From Gemmatimonadota bacterium (GTDB lineage Bacteria > Gemmatimonadota > Gemmatimonadetes > Gemmatimonadales > GWC2-71-9): a stretch of 64,000 nt of DNA. Of this stretch, positions 1 to 9,377 are shown in pieces. Position 1 is the first letter of the stretch. Each line of letters starts with the position of its first letter. The translations under genes and the position numbers were made by a program. The notes under the pieces are model-generated. The model saw only the letters and a program-made list of their open reading frames with translations, searched no databases and was not told where the DNA came from. The stretch covers positions 32,001 to 96,000 of the forward strand of contig JAZDCY010000035.1 in the NCBI GenBank assembly GCA_036679645.1, in the 5' to 3' direction.

Positions 1-1108
1 TCTCGAGTCCGTAACCGTCGATCCCGACCAGCTTCCGCGGGTTGTTGGTAAGCACACGGATGGAGCTGAGACCCTGGTCAACCAGAATCTGCGCGCCAAT
101 GCCGTAGTTCCGCAGATCCGGCGGGAATCCCAGCCGCTCATTGGCCTCGACGGTGTCATGCCCGCCATCTTGCAGCTCATAGGCCTTGAGCTTGTTGAGC
201 AAACCGATGCCCCGGCCTTCCTGATCCAGGTAGACGATGACGCCGGCGCCCTCGTCGGCAATCATCCGCATGGCGCAGCGCAACTGCCACCCGCAATCGC
301 AGCGTGCGGAGCCGAACACGTCGCCGGTGAGACACCTCGAGTGCATCCGGACCAGAACGTCACGCTTGCGCACGACATCCCCGTACACGAGCGCTACGTG
401 CTCCGCATCGTCGAGCTGGTTCGAATACCCGATCACCCGGAACTCCCCAAACGGCGTCGGCAGTCTGGCTTCGGCAACGCGCTGCACGAGACGTTCGTTC
501 TGCATCCGGTAGGCGACCAACTGGGCCACAGTGACGAACGCCAGACCATGCCGCTCACCGAACGCTTCGAGGGCGTCGCGTCGCATCATCGTCCCGTCTT
601 CCGCCAGCACCTCGCAGATGACGCCGGCCGGATAGAGTCCCGCGAGCCGGGCGACATCGACGCTCGCCTCCGTGTGCCCCACGCGCTGGAGCACGCCACC
701 CGGCCGGGCGCGCAGCGGGAAGATGTGTCCCGGCCGGCGCAGATCGGACGGGACCGTTGCGGGATCGATGGCCACCTGCAGCGTCTTCGCGCGATCGGTC
801 GCGGAGATGCCCGTCGTGACCCCGAACCGTTTGTCGGCATCGACGCTCACCGTGAACGCGGTCTCGTACGCTTCGGAGTTGCGCTCGGCCATTTGTGGCA
901 GGCCCAACGCGTCGCACCGCTCGGGGGTGAGCGCGAGACAAATGAGCCCTCGTCCATGGGTCGCCATGAAGTTGATGTGCTCCGCACTGATCAGCTCCGC
1001 GGCGCCAACGAGGTCGCCCTCGCACTCGCGATCTTCGTCGTCCGCCACGATGATGAGCTTGCCTGCCCGTACATTTTCAATGGCCTGCTCGATTGTGCCG
1101 AATCCCAT
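1..1108 (-). CDS. ribBA: Bifunctional DHBP synthase / GTP cyclohydrolase II, truncated at window edge
   Basis: Manual translation from ATG at 1108 gives MGFGTIEQAIENVRAGKLIIVADDEDRECEGDL, the RibB N-terminal motif. It lies directly after ribE and runs off the window. Confidence 0.93.
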   Translation of the reverse strand, partial: MGFGTIEQAIENVRAGKLIIVADDEDRECEGDLVGAAELISAEHINFMATHGRGLICLALTPERCDALGLPQMAERNSEAYETAFTVSVDADKRFGVTTGISATDRAKTLQVAIDPATVPSDLRRPGHIFPLRARPGGVLQRVGHTEASVDVARLAGLYPAGVICEVLAEDGTMMRRDALEAFGERHGLAFVTVAQLVAYRMQNERLVQRVAEARLPTPFGEFRVIGYSNQLDDAEHVALVYGDVVRKRDVLVRMHSRCLTGDVFGSARCDCGWQLRCAMRMIADEGAGVIVYLDQEGRGIGLLNKLKAYELQDGGHDTVEANERLGFPPDLRNYGIGAQILVDQGLSSIRVLTNNPRKLVGIDGYGLE

Positions 1109-1109
1109 C

Positions 1110-1700
1110 TCAGTCCTCGTTCCGCATCAGTGCCCGCACGAACTTGCCGAGCATGTCACCTTCAACATGCACGCGATCCCCCGGACGCAACTTACCGAGC
1201 GTCGTGTGATCCCTGGTGTGCGGGATCACCGAGAGCTGGATGGTTGCTTCCCCGGGGATTGCGTTGATCGTCATGCTCACTCCGCTCACCGCAATCGACC
1301 CGTGGGGAATCGAGAGTTGCGCAACCTCGGAGGGAAGCCGGATGTCGATCAGGAGCGCATCGTCATGATCCGCAACCGCGGTGACTTCGCCGATCCCATC
1401 GACGTGGCCTTGGACAAAATGTCCACCCAGGCGGTCTCCGACCGCGAGCGCGCGTTCGAGATTGACCTCCTCACCCACCTGCATGTCGCCGAAGCGCGTA
1501 CGCGCCCGGGTCGTGACGACCGCCTCGACGGCAAAGCTCCCGGCAGCGTGATCGACCACGGTCAGGCACGCACCGTCGATGGCAATGCTCTCACCCGTCG
1601 CAAGATCGTCGAACGGAGACGCAATACGGATACGGAGGCTCGCGTCCTTCTGCTCCAGTTCCTCAATCCGCCCAATCGCCGTCACTATTCCGGTAAACAT
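1110..1700 (-). CDS. ribE: Riboflavin synthase
   Basis: MFTGIV N-terminus, GACLTV, VNLERAL, GGHFVQGHVDG. Confidence 0.96.
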   Translation of the reverse strand: MFTGIVTAIGRIEELEQKDASLRIRIASPFDDLATGESIAIDGACLTVVDHAAGSFAVEAVVTTRARTRFGDMQVGEEVNLERALAVGDRLGGHFVQGHVDGIGEVTAVADHDDALLIDIRLPSEVAQLSIPHGSIAVSGVSMTINAIPGEATIQLSVIPHTRDHTTLGKLRPGDRVHVEGDMLGKFVRALMRNED

Positions 1701-2767
1701 GGCTGTCGATCCACCACCAGTAATGTATCGGCGCCCAATGCCCTGCGCTCAACAACCGTCCAGCGCGACACATCGGGCAGCGCATGGCCGCGTCCGGCGT
1801 TGAACGCGCGTACCCCATCACCGAGCCACAGGGGGGCTTGTATCCAATACAACCGATCGACGAGATCGGCGTCCAACAGCGCGCCGGCGAGCGCGCCGCC
1901 ACCTTCGACCAACACCGTTCGCACATCGAGGGCGCGCAAGGCCTCGAGGGCCTGCGCGAGCGTGTCCGCGCCGAGCACCCGTACCCCATGTGGCTCTAGA
2001 CGCTGTGCGAGCGGATCGCGCGCACGCGTGTCCGTGACGACCGTAGTGGGCACGTCATGTGCCGACGTCACAAGCGTCAGGTCGGCCCGCAGCCGGCCGG
2101 AGGCACTTAGTACCACCCGCATGGGTGGCATCCGCGGCGTCACGGCACCCCGAACGGTCAGGGCGGGATCGTCCGCTTCCGCCGTGCGCCGGCCCACGGC
2201 GATGGCGTCGAAGCCGGCACGTAACCACTGGACATAGTCGCGCGCTGCTGCTCCCGACACCCAGCGCGATCGACCGGCCGCATCGGCAATGAAGCCGTCG
2301 AGGGACGCGGCCAGCTTGAGGGCGACGAACGGCCGCTCTGGGCGCGTTGCAGCCCACAGAAACCCGGCATTGAGACCCGCCGCCGCCGCCGCGCCCAGGC
2401 CGATGTCGACCTCGATACCGGCGTCGCGCAGCCGCTCCACACCACCCCGGGCCACCGGGTTCGGGTCGCGCACGGCCGCGACGACACGAGCTACGCCGGC
2501 AGCGATCAGAGCATCAGCGCACGGCGGCGTCCGCCCGTGATGCGCACACGGTTCGAGCGGGACCACGCAGGTGGCTCCGCGCGCATCGGGGGCATTCGCC
2601 AAGGCGCTCACCTCGGCATGTGGCGCACCGAGCGCGGCGTGGTGTCCCTCGCCTAGCACCTCCCCGTTTCGCAGGAGGACCGCACCGACGAGAGGGTTCG
2701 GCGCCACCCGCCCCCACCCTTCCAGGGCAAGCGCCGTCGCGCGGGTCATCGCCTCCCTCTCCTCCAC
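1685..2767 (-). CDS. ribD: Riboflavin biosynthesis deaminase/reductase
   Basis: PNPLVGAV, HAE, PCAHHGRTPPC zinc motif, SLDG, VEGG. Confidence 0.96.
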   Translation of the reverse strand: MEEREAMTRATALALEGWGRVAPNPLVGAVLLRNGEVLGEGHHAALGAPHAEVSALANAPDARGATCVVPLEPCAHHGRTPPCADALIAAGVARVVAAVRDPNPVARGGVERLRDAGIEVDIGLGAAAAAGLNAGFLWAATRPERPFVALKLAASLDGFIADAAGRSRWVSGAAARDYVQWLRAGFDAIAVGRRTAEADDPALTVRGAVTPRMPPMRVVLSASGRLRADLTLVTSAHDVPTTVVTDTRARDPLAQRLEPHGVRVLGADTLAQALEALRALDVRTVLVEGGGALAGALLDADLVDRLYWIQAPLWLGDGVRAFNAGRGHALPDVSRWTVVERRALGADTLLVVDRQPCLPE

Positions 2768-2768
2768 G

Positions 2769-3794
2769 TCAGTCCTCCAACCCGACGCCCTCGCCGGCGA
2801 CCACTTCCCCGATCACCCAGGTATCGATACCGGCGGCGCGCGCCGCGAGCCGGGCGTCATCCACCGTATCGGGCCCGACGACCGCAACGAATCCGATGCC
2901 CATGTTGAAAACGTGATACATCTCGTCGCGGGACACGTCACCTCCCGACGCAAGCACGTCGAACAGCGGCGGTGGTGCCCACGACGACCGGCTGACCCGC
3001 GCGCCGCATCCCGGCGGCAGCGAGCGGCCCAGGTTACCGGGGATCCCACCACCCGTGACGTGGGCCAAGGCGTGCACCCGGTCCAGTAGCCCCGCCAGGA
3101 CGGACCAATAACTCCGATGCACCGCAAGCAGCACGCTCGCCACCGTCGCATCGCACTGCGGCACCGTCGCGTCGATGGCGAGTCCCATCTGCTCGAACAA
3201 AATGCGCCGGGCAAGGCTGTATCCGTTCGTATGCAGTCCGGTGGATGCGTAGCCCACCAGCACATCGCCCACCCGCACACGATCGCCGTGCAGCGCCGCA
3301 TCCTCCGCCACGACGCCCACTATCGTTCCGGCGATATCATAGTGCCCGGGCGCGTACAGCTCGGGCATCTGCGCGGTCTCGCCACCCGACAACGTCATGT
3401 CGTGCGCGCGACAACCGCGGGCCACCCCCTCGACCAGTTGTGCAATGGTCTCGGGCTCGATAGTGGCCGCCGCGATATAGTCCTGGAACGCGAGCGGCCG
3501 CGCCCCGTGCACCAAGATGTCGTTCACGCAGTGATTGACGAGATCTTCGCCCACGGTATCGTGGCGGTCGGCCCGCGCCGCCACCAGCACTTTCGTCCCC
3601 ACTCCGTCGGTGCTGAGCACGAGGACTGGACGGTCTACGCCGGCGGGCATCCGGATCATGCCGCCGAACGTCCCGACCGCCCCCCGGGCAAGCTCGCTGC
3701 GCGTCGAGGCGAGCGCATCTCTGATCCGGGCCTTGGCCCGGTCGGCCGCGTCGAGGTCGACGCCTGCGGCGCGGTACCGTTCCGCGGTGCTCAT
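2769..3794 (-). CDS. purM: Phosphoribosylformylglycinamidine cyclo-ligase
   Basis: YRAAGVD, TDGVGTK, GGETA, GLHTNGYSL, HVTGGG, FNMGIG. Start set at MSTAERY (3794). Confidence 0.96.
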   Translation of the reverse strand: MSTAERYRAAGVDLDAADRAKARIRDALASTRSELARGAVGTFGGMIRMPAGVDRPVLVLSTDGVGTKVLVAARADRHDTVGEDLVNHCVNDILVHGARPLAFQDYIAAATIEPETIAQLVEGVARGCRAHDMTLSGGETAQMPELYAPGHYDIAGTIVGVVAEDAALHGDRVRVGDVLVGYASTGLHTNGYSLARRILFEQMGLAIDATVPQCDATVASVLLAVHRSYWSVLAGLLDRVHALAHVTGGGIPGNLGRSLPPGCGARVSRSSWAPPPLFDVLASGGDVSRDEMYHVFNMGIGFVAVVGPDTVDDARLAARAAGIDTWVIGEVVAGEGVGLED

Positions 3795-3807
3795 GCCCCC
3801 GGGGCCG

Positions 3808-4749
3808 TCACGACGCGCCCGCGCCACCCGCGTCCGGCTGGATGTCGAAGCGCACCAGTTCCGCGAAATGCTCGACTCGTTGCGCCACCTCGACCAACCC
3901 GATCTCATCGAACCGCTGGACCGAGAAGGCCTCGACGGCAAACGATCCCATGGCGCTACCGAACACCATGGCGCGGCGCAAGTTCTCCTGCGACTCATCG
4001 CCCGTGCGCGCGACGTGCGCCATGAACCCGCCCGCAAACGCGTCCCCCGCTCCGGTCGGATCGAAGATCTCCTCGAGCGGATAGGCCGGGACGTAGAAAG
4101 TGCGGTCGGCGCTCACGAGCACCGCCCCGTACTCGCCCTGCTTGATGACGACGTGCGTTGGGCCGTGGTCCAGGATCCAACGAGCCGCCCGATAGATGTT
4201 CCAGTCACCGGAGAGCTGGCGCGCCTCGGCGTCATTGACCATGAGCACGTCGACCCGTCGAAGTAGCTCGACCAACACGTCGCGTTTGCTCTGGATCCAG
4301 TAGTTCATGGTGTCGCATGCGACCAGGCGCGGCTCTCGCACCTGATCTAGTACGGCCAACTGCAGCTCAGGATCGATGTTGCCGAGAAAGACGTACTGCG
4401 CATCCCGGAATTCCGAGGGGATCTGCGGATCGAAGTCGGCGAATACGCCAAGACGCGTCTCCAGTGTCTCGCGGTTCTGCAAATCGTATGAGTAACGCCC
4501 CTTCCATCGGAAACTCTCTCCCGAGGCGCGCACCACGCCCGCGAGATCGACGCCCCGTTTGGTGAGGCGCTCGAGGCGGTCCCAGGGATAGTCATCGCCG
4601 ACGACGCCCACGACCTGTACCTCGTGGAGCAGGCACCCGGCGAACGAAAAAAATACCGCCGAGCCACCCAACGCGTCCGCGGTGGAGCCAAAGGGCGTCT
4701 CGACTGAATCGAGGGCAATGCTTCCGACGACGAGAAGACTCACACTCAC
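3808..4749 (-). CDS. PfkB-family carbohydrate/nucleoside kinase
   Basis: N-terminal VVGS, GG motif and the PfkB signature DPTGAGDAFAGGF. Confidence 0.9.
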   Translation of the reverse strand: MSVSLLVVGSIALDSVETPFGSTADALGGSAVFFSFAGCLLHEVQVVGVVGDDYPWDRLERLTKRGVDLAGVVRASGESFRWKGRYSYDLQNRETLETRLGVFADFDPQIPSEFRDAQYVFLGNIDPELQLAVLDQVREPRLVACDTMNYWIQSKRDVLVELLRRVDVLMVNDAEARQLSGDWNIYRAARWILDHGPTHVVIKQGEYGAVLVSADRTFYVPAYPLEEIFDPTGAGDAFAGGFMAHVARTGDESQENLRRAMVFGSAMGSFAVEAFSVQRFDEIGLVEVAQRVEHFAELVRFDIQPDAGGAGAS

Positions 4750-6398
4750 ATCCGTTCCGGGGCGGCAATGCCCATCAGGGTGAGACCGTTGGAGAGTACT
4801 TGCTGTGCGGCGCCGGCAAGGGCCAGCCTGGCCCGTTCGACGGGCTCGGGCTCGCCCAGCACGCGGTGATGGTGATACCAGTGATTCACGGCCCGAGCCA
4901 GTTCTTCTAAATACGCGATGACAAGGTGCGGCTCGAGTCGCTCGGCGGCCCGGGCCACTACGCCGGGGTACTCGGCCAACTGGCGCATCAGCGCCAACTC
5001 GGCCGGTGCGGTGAGCGACGAGAGCTCTATCGTCTCAGGCGCGACGGCATCTGGTGACCACGCGGCATTCCGGCGAATGCCCGCCATGCGCGTGTGCGCG
5101 TACTGGACATAGTACACCGGGTTTTCTTCCGACTGTTTGGTGGCCAGGTCGATGTCAAAGACGAACTGCGCGTCACCCTTGCGCATGAGATAGAAATAGC
5201 GCACCGCGTCCCGACCGACCGTGTCGACAAGATCACGCAAGGTGTAGTAATTCCCGGCCCGCTTCGAGATCCGCACTTCCTCCCCAGCCCGCGTCACAGT
5301 CACCATCTGATGGAGCACGTACTCGGGGTACCCCTGCGGGATACCCAGGTCCAGCGCCTGAAGACCGCTCCGCACGCGGGCGACCGTCCCATGATGATCG
5401 GCCCCCTGTACGTCGATCGCACGGGTGAACCCACGTTCCCATTTCGTCACGTGGTACGCCACGTCGGGAACGAAGTAGGTGAAGCCGCCACCCTTCTCGG
5501 CACTCTTCCGCATCACGCGGTCCTTGTCATCCCCGAAATCCGTGGTGCGCAGCCACAGCGCTCCGTCGGCCTCGTAGGTGTGTCCCGCATCGACAAGGCG
5601 CTGCACCGTCTTCTCGACGTTTCCATTTCCGTACAGCGATGACTCGAGGAAGTACACGTCGAACGAAATCCCGAGGGCCGTGAGGTCGCGGTCCTGCTCG
5701 GCGCGGAGCGCCTCCACTGCAAGCCGGCGGATGGCGTCGAGGTCTTCACCGTCGGGATCGTTTGCATGCTCCAGCGCGTACTGTTCCGCGACGTCCCGGA
5801 TGTACTCGCCGTGATAGCCACCTTCCGGAATTGGCGCGTCGTGGCCACGCAGCTGCCGCAGGCGGGCCTGCACGCTCAAGGCCAGTTTCTCCATCTGAGT
5901 GCCGGCGTCGTTGTAGTAGAACTCTCGGGTGACGCACCACCCCGTGTGCTCGAGCAGCGCCGAAATGGCATCACCCAACGCCGCCTGCCGCCCGTGTCCG
6001 ACGTGGAGCGGCCCGGTCGGATTCGCCGAAACGAACTCGACATCGACGCGGCTCCCCTGCCCTGCGTCGCTCGTGCCGAACCGGTCGCGGTCGGTCAGGA
6101 CGGTACGAACCGTGTCGGCCAGCACCGCATCGGCGAACACGAAATTGATGAATCCAGGTCCGGCAATCTCGATGCGCTCGACGACGTCGGCAGGCAAGTC
6201 GAGCCGCCTTACGAGTTCCTCCGCAATCTCACGCGGCTTGCGGCGTAGCGACTTCGCCAGTCGCAGGGCGAGATTCGTCGCGAGGTCTCCGTGGGTCGGG
6301 TCACGCGGTCGTTCCAGCACGAATGCCGCGTCGGGGACTCCGAGCGCGTTGGCACTCTCTGCCAGCGCATCCCGGAGCCGCTCGGTACCGGAGGTCAG
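4746..6398 (-). CDS. argS: Arginine--tRNA ligase (probable CTG start at 6398; first standard start is GTG at 6320)
   Basis: HGDLATN, AGPGFIN, EFVSANPTGPLHVGHGR, YYVQYAH, C-terminal PERM. Confidence 0.96.
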   Translation of the reverse strand: MTSGTERLRDALAESANALGVPDAAFVLERPRDPTHGDLATNLALRLAKSLRRKPREIAEELVRRLDLPADVVERIEIAGPGFINFVFADAVLADTVRTVLTDRDRFGTSDAGQGSRVDVEFVSANPTGPLHVGHGRQAALGDAISALLEHTGWCVTREFYYNDAGTQMEKLALSVQARLRQLRGHDAPIPEGGYHGEYIRDVAEQYALEHANDPDGEDLDAIRRLAVEALRAEQDRDLTALGISFDVYFLESSLYGNGNVEKTVQRLVDAGHTYEADGALWLRTTDFGDDKDRVMRKSAEKGGGFTYFVPDVAYHVTKWERGFTRAIDVQGADHHGTVARVRSGLQALDLGIPQGYPEYVLHQMVTVTRAGEEVRISKRAGNYYTLRDLVDTVGRDAVRYFYLMRKGDAQFVFDIDLATKQSEENPVYYVQYAHTRMAGIRRNAAWSPDAVAPETIELSSLTAPAELALMRQLAEYPGVVARAAERLEPHLVIAYLEELARAVNHWYHHHRVLGEPEPVERARLALAGAAQQVLSNGLTLMGIAAPERM

Positions 6399-6760
6399 CT
6401 TGCGTCTCCCCCGGATGACTTGGAGGACCCGGAATCGGAGCCGGGCTTGGAGGAGGAATCCTTGGTGTCGCCAGTCTTCTTCCTCTCCTTGTCACCGGCG
6501 TCCTTTTCCTTGTCGCCGGCGTCCCTTTCCTTGTCGCCGGCGTCCCTTTCCTTGTCGCCGGCGTCCTTCTCACCGGGTGATCGCTTGTAGTCGGTGGCGT
6601 AGAAACCCGATCCCTTGAACACGAAACCGGTGCCGCCCGTGATCACCTGTTCCGCCGTCGCTCCGCATTCGGGGCAGGTGTGGGGGGCATCATCGTTCAT
6701 CTTGTGAAACCGCTCAAACGCGTGCGCGCAGCGCGGGCACCGATACGCATATGTGGGCAT
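6395..6760 (-). CDS. FmdB-family zinc-ribbon protein with repetitive charged tail
   Basis: MPTYAYRCPRC...CPECG...FKGSGFYATDY. Confidence 0.9.
   Translation of the reverse strand: MPTYAYRCPRCAHAFERFHKMNDDAPHTCPECGATAEQVITGGTGFVFKGSGFYATDYKRSPGEKDAGDKERDAGDKERDAGDKEKDAGDKERKKTGDTKDSSSKPGSDSGSSKSSGGDAS
6486..6569. repeat. Four 21-bp tandem repeats encoding (K/R)DAGDKE
   Basis: tccttgtc(a/g)ccggcgtcc(c/t)t(t/c) units start at 6486, 6507, 6528 and 6549. Confidence 0.92.
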
Positions 6761-6788
6761 GAAATCCTGTAATTAGTTATGAACAACC

Positions 6789-6817
6789 AACTTAGCCGAG
6801 CCCATGGGGAAGATCAA
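6789..6817 (-). promoter_or_regulatory. Putative sigma70 promoter for the fmdB-like/argS run
   Basis: TTGATC-17 bp-TAAGTT in an AT-rich gap. Confidence 0.5.
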
Positions 6818-8358
6818 GCAACCGAGCGATGGGTTCCCCATACCTCCCGCAGCACGTCACTGATATCACCAATCGTAGCCCGCGCACGGACCGCATTGAC
6901 CAACAGCGGCATCAGGTTCCGTCCTGGTGTGCGAGCCGCTGCGGCAAGCGCATCGAGCGCGGCATGGCACGCTTTGGCATCCCGCGCGGCACGCGTAGCG
7001 CGGACCTGCTCGATCTGCTCCGCCGCGAAAGCGCCGTAGTCCGGCATCTGCCGTGGAGGAGTGGGTTCGTCCTCGGTAAACCGATTCACACCCACCACCG
7101 CCTGCTCGCCGCTTTCCTGGGCACGCTGCTGCTCGTAGGCCGCCCGCGCAATCGCGTCCTGAAAATCTCCGCGTTCGATGGCCGCCGCCGCCCCACCCTT
7201 CCGGCCGATCTCGTCGAGTAGCGCGCGTACGTCGCGGACGATCGTCTCGGTCAGATGCTCGACATAGTACGACCCACCCAGCGGGTCGGCGGTCAGCGTG
7301 ATACCGGACTCGTTGGCGAGAATCTGCTGCGTGCGCAGGGCCAGGCGCGCCGCATCTGCTGTGGGCAGGGAGAGCGCCTCGTCGAAACCGTTCGTGTGCA
7401 GCGACTGCGTGCCTCCGAGCACCGCCGCCAGAGCCTGCACCGCGACGCGGACGACATTGTTGACCGGCTGCTGAGCGGTCAGGGTGGACCCACCCGTCTG
7501 AGTGTGGAATCGGAGCATGCAGGCCCGATCGTCCCCGCCGTAGCGTTGCCGCACGATAGTCGCCCACACTTCTCGCGCCGCCCGGAACTTCGCGACCTCC
7601 TCGAAGAGATCGTTGTGCGCGGCGAAGAAGAACGACATACGGGCCGCGATCCCGGCGGCGTCGAGTCCTGCAGCGCGCGCCCGGTCGAGGTACTCGATGC
7701 CGTTGGCGAGGGTGAAGGCCACCTCCTGAATGGCGGTGGAGCCCGCTTCCCGGATGTGGTATCCGCTCACCGAGATTGGGTTGAACGGGATCCCCTCTTC
7801 GTCGACGAACGCGAACACGTCGGTGATCAGCCGGAGCGACGGCTCGGGCGGATAGATATAGGTCCCGCGCGCGGCGTACTCCTTCAGGATGTCATTCTGC
7901 ACCGTGCCCCTGAGAGCCGTGCGGGGGGTGCCGCGCTCCTCCCCGATCACGACGTACATGGCAAGGAGGATGGGGGCAGTGGCATTGATCGTCATTGACG
8001 TCGAGACCCGATCGAGCGGGATGCCGTCGAACAACAGGGCAAGATCGTCCACCGAGTCGATGGCCACGCCCGCCCGCCCAACCTCTCCCTCGGCGGCAGG
8101 CACGTCCGAGTCGTAGCCCATTTGCGTTGGGAGATCGAACGCCACCGAGAGACCCGTCTGCCCCGCCTCCAGCAGGTGGCGGAAGCGCTGGTTGGTCTCG
8201 TGGGCCGTACCGAAACCGGCGTACTGGCGCATCGTCCAGAGCCGACCCCGGTACATATCCGGGTGGATCCCCCGGGTGAACGGGAAGACGCCGGGCCCTT
8301 CGGGCCCGTAGGCGACGTCTACTCGCAGGCCGGAGGGCGTACGGCGCTCATCGGTCAT
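6814..8358 (-). CDS. Methylmalonyl-CoA mutase family, substrate-binding subunit (no B12-binding domain)
   Basis: [50 protein letters not shown]. Start at MTDERR overlaps the fbp stop (ATGA). Confidence 0.93.
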   Translation of the reverse strand: MTDERRTPSGLRVDVAYGPEGPGVFPFTRGIHPDMYRGRLWTMRQYAGFGTAHETNQRFRHLLEAGQTGLSVAFDLPTQMGYDSDVPAAEGEVGRAGVAIDSVDDLALLFDGIPLDRVSTSMTINATAPILLAMYVVIGEERGTPRTALRGTVQNDILKEYAARGTYIYPPEPSLRLITDVFAFVDEEGIPFNPISVSGYHIREAGSTAIQEVAFTLANGIEYLDRARAAGLDAAGIAARMSFFFAAHNDLFEEVAKFRAAREVWATIVRQRYGGDDRACMLRFHTQTGGSTLTAQQPVNNVVRVAVQALAAVLGGTQSLHTNGFDEALSLPTADAARLALRTQQILANESGITLTADPLGGSYYVEHLTETIVRDVRALLDEIGRKGGAAAAIERGDFQDAIARAAYEQQRAQESGEQAVVGVNRFTEDEPTPPRQMPDYGAFAAEQIEQVRATRAARDAKACHAALDALAAAARTPGRNLMPLLVNAVRARATIGDISDVLREVWGTHRSVA

Positions 8359-9377
8359 GCCGTCGCGGCTCTGGTCGACGCGAGCGTCTGTTCCACGAAC
8401 GCGACGTCGTCCTTGCTGCCAATCACGAGTGGCGTGCGCTGGTGCAGCTCCACGGGCTCGATGTCGAGGATGCGTCGTGCGCCATCGGACGCCGCACCGC
8501 CTGCCGCCTCCACGATGAAAGCCAACGGTGAGGCCTCGTAGAGCAAACGCAGCTTCCCGCTGGGTGAATTCGCATCCGCAGGATACATGAAGACGCCACC
8601 CTTCATCAGGTTCCGATGGAAATCGGCAACCAACGACCCGATGTAGCGTGCGTTCTTGGCCATTCCCGAATCGTCGAGTCCCTTGAACGCACGAACGACG
8701 TGCCGGTACCCGTCCGACCACCGATCGTAATAGCTCTCGTTGATCGAGTAGTACTTGCCGTTCGACGGCGTAGTGATGTCCTCCTGGCTCAGCAGGAACT
8801 CGCCGATCGTGGGATCGAGCGTGAACCCATGGACCCCGCGCCCGGCCGAATACACGAGGACCGTACTCGAGCCGTAGATGACGTAGCCGGCGGCGACCTG
8901 CCGGTGCCCGACCTGGAGGCAATCGTCCAACGACCCACACCCACCGGAAGTGACCCGATTGTGGATGGAGAAGATCGTCCCGATCGAAACATTGACATCG
9001 ATGTTCGATGAGCCGTCCAGGGGATCGTAGATGAGCACGTACTTGCCGGCATGGTCGGAATCGCCCATGGGAACCGGTTCCGCGTCCTCTTCGGAGGCAA
9101 CGACGCACACGCGGCCGGCCCGACTGAGCACGGCCTTCATGACATCGTTGGCAAGGACGTCGAGCTTCTCCTGCTCTTCGCCCAGTACGTTCGTCGTGCC
9201 CGTGCGCCCGAGGACATCGACGAGACCGGCCCGTCTCACATAGGCCGATATGTTCTTGGCGGCGAGCGCCACGTCGTAAAGGAGGCTGGTGAGCTCCCCC
9301 GTGGCTTCGGGGTGCAAGCGCTCCTGTTCGACGATGAAGCTCTCGATTGTAACCAGCGACGGACCTGACATGGCCAC
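8355..9377 (-). CDS. fbp: Class 1 fructose-1,6-bisphosphatase
   Basis: [36 protein letters not shown]. Confidence 0.96.
   Translation of the reverse strand: MAMSGPSLVTIESFIVEQERLHPEATGELTSLLYDVALAAKNISAYVRRAGLVDVLGRTGTTNVLGEEQEKLDVLANDVMKAVLSRAGRVCVVASEEDAEPVPMGDSDHAGKYVLIYDPLDGSSNIDVNVSIGTIFSIHNRVTSGGCGSLDDCLQVGHRQVAAGYVIYGSSTVLVYSAGRGVHGFTLDPTIGEFLLSQEDITTPSNGKYYSINESYYDRWSDGYRHVVRAFKGLDDSGMAKNARYIGSLVADFHRNLMKGGVFMYPADANSPSGKLRLLYEASPLAFIVEAAGGAASDGARRILDIEPVELHQRTPLVIGSKDDVAFVEQTLASTRAATA

Noticed and set aside
158..2237. Long plus-strand ORFs (158-1267, 672-2237) and similar ones across the window
   Set aside because: They are antisense shadows of well-supported minus-strand genes in GC-rich DNA and have no recognisable motifs.
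2760..2775. FMN riboswitch upstream of the rib genes
   Set aside because: ribD starts 1 bp after the purM stop, so there is no leader and no FMN aptamer motif was seen.
6486..6569. CRISPR array
   Set aside because: The repeats are contiguous and in frame within a CDS, with no spacers and no cas genes.
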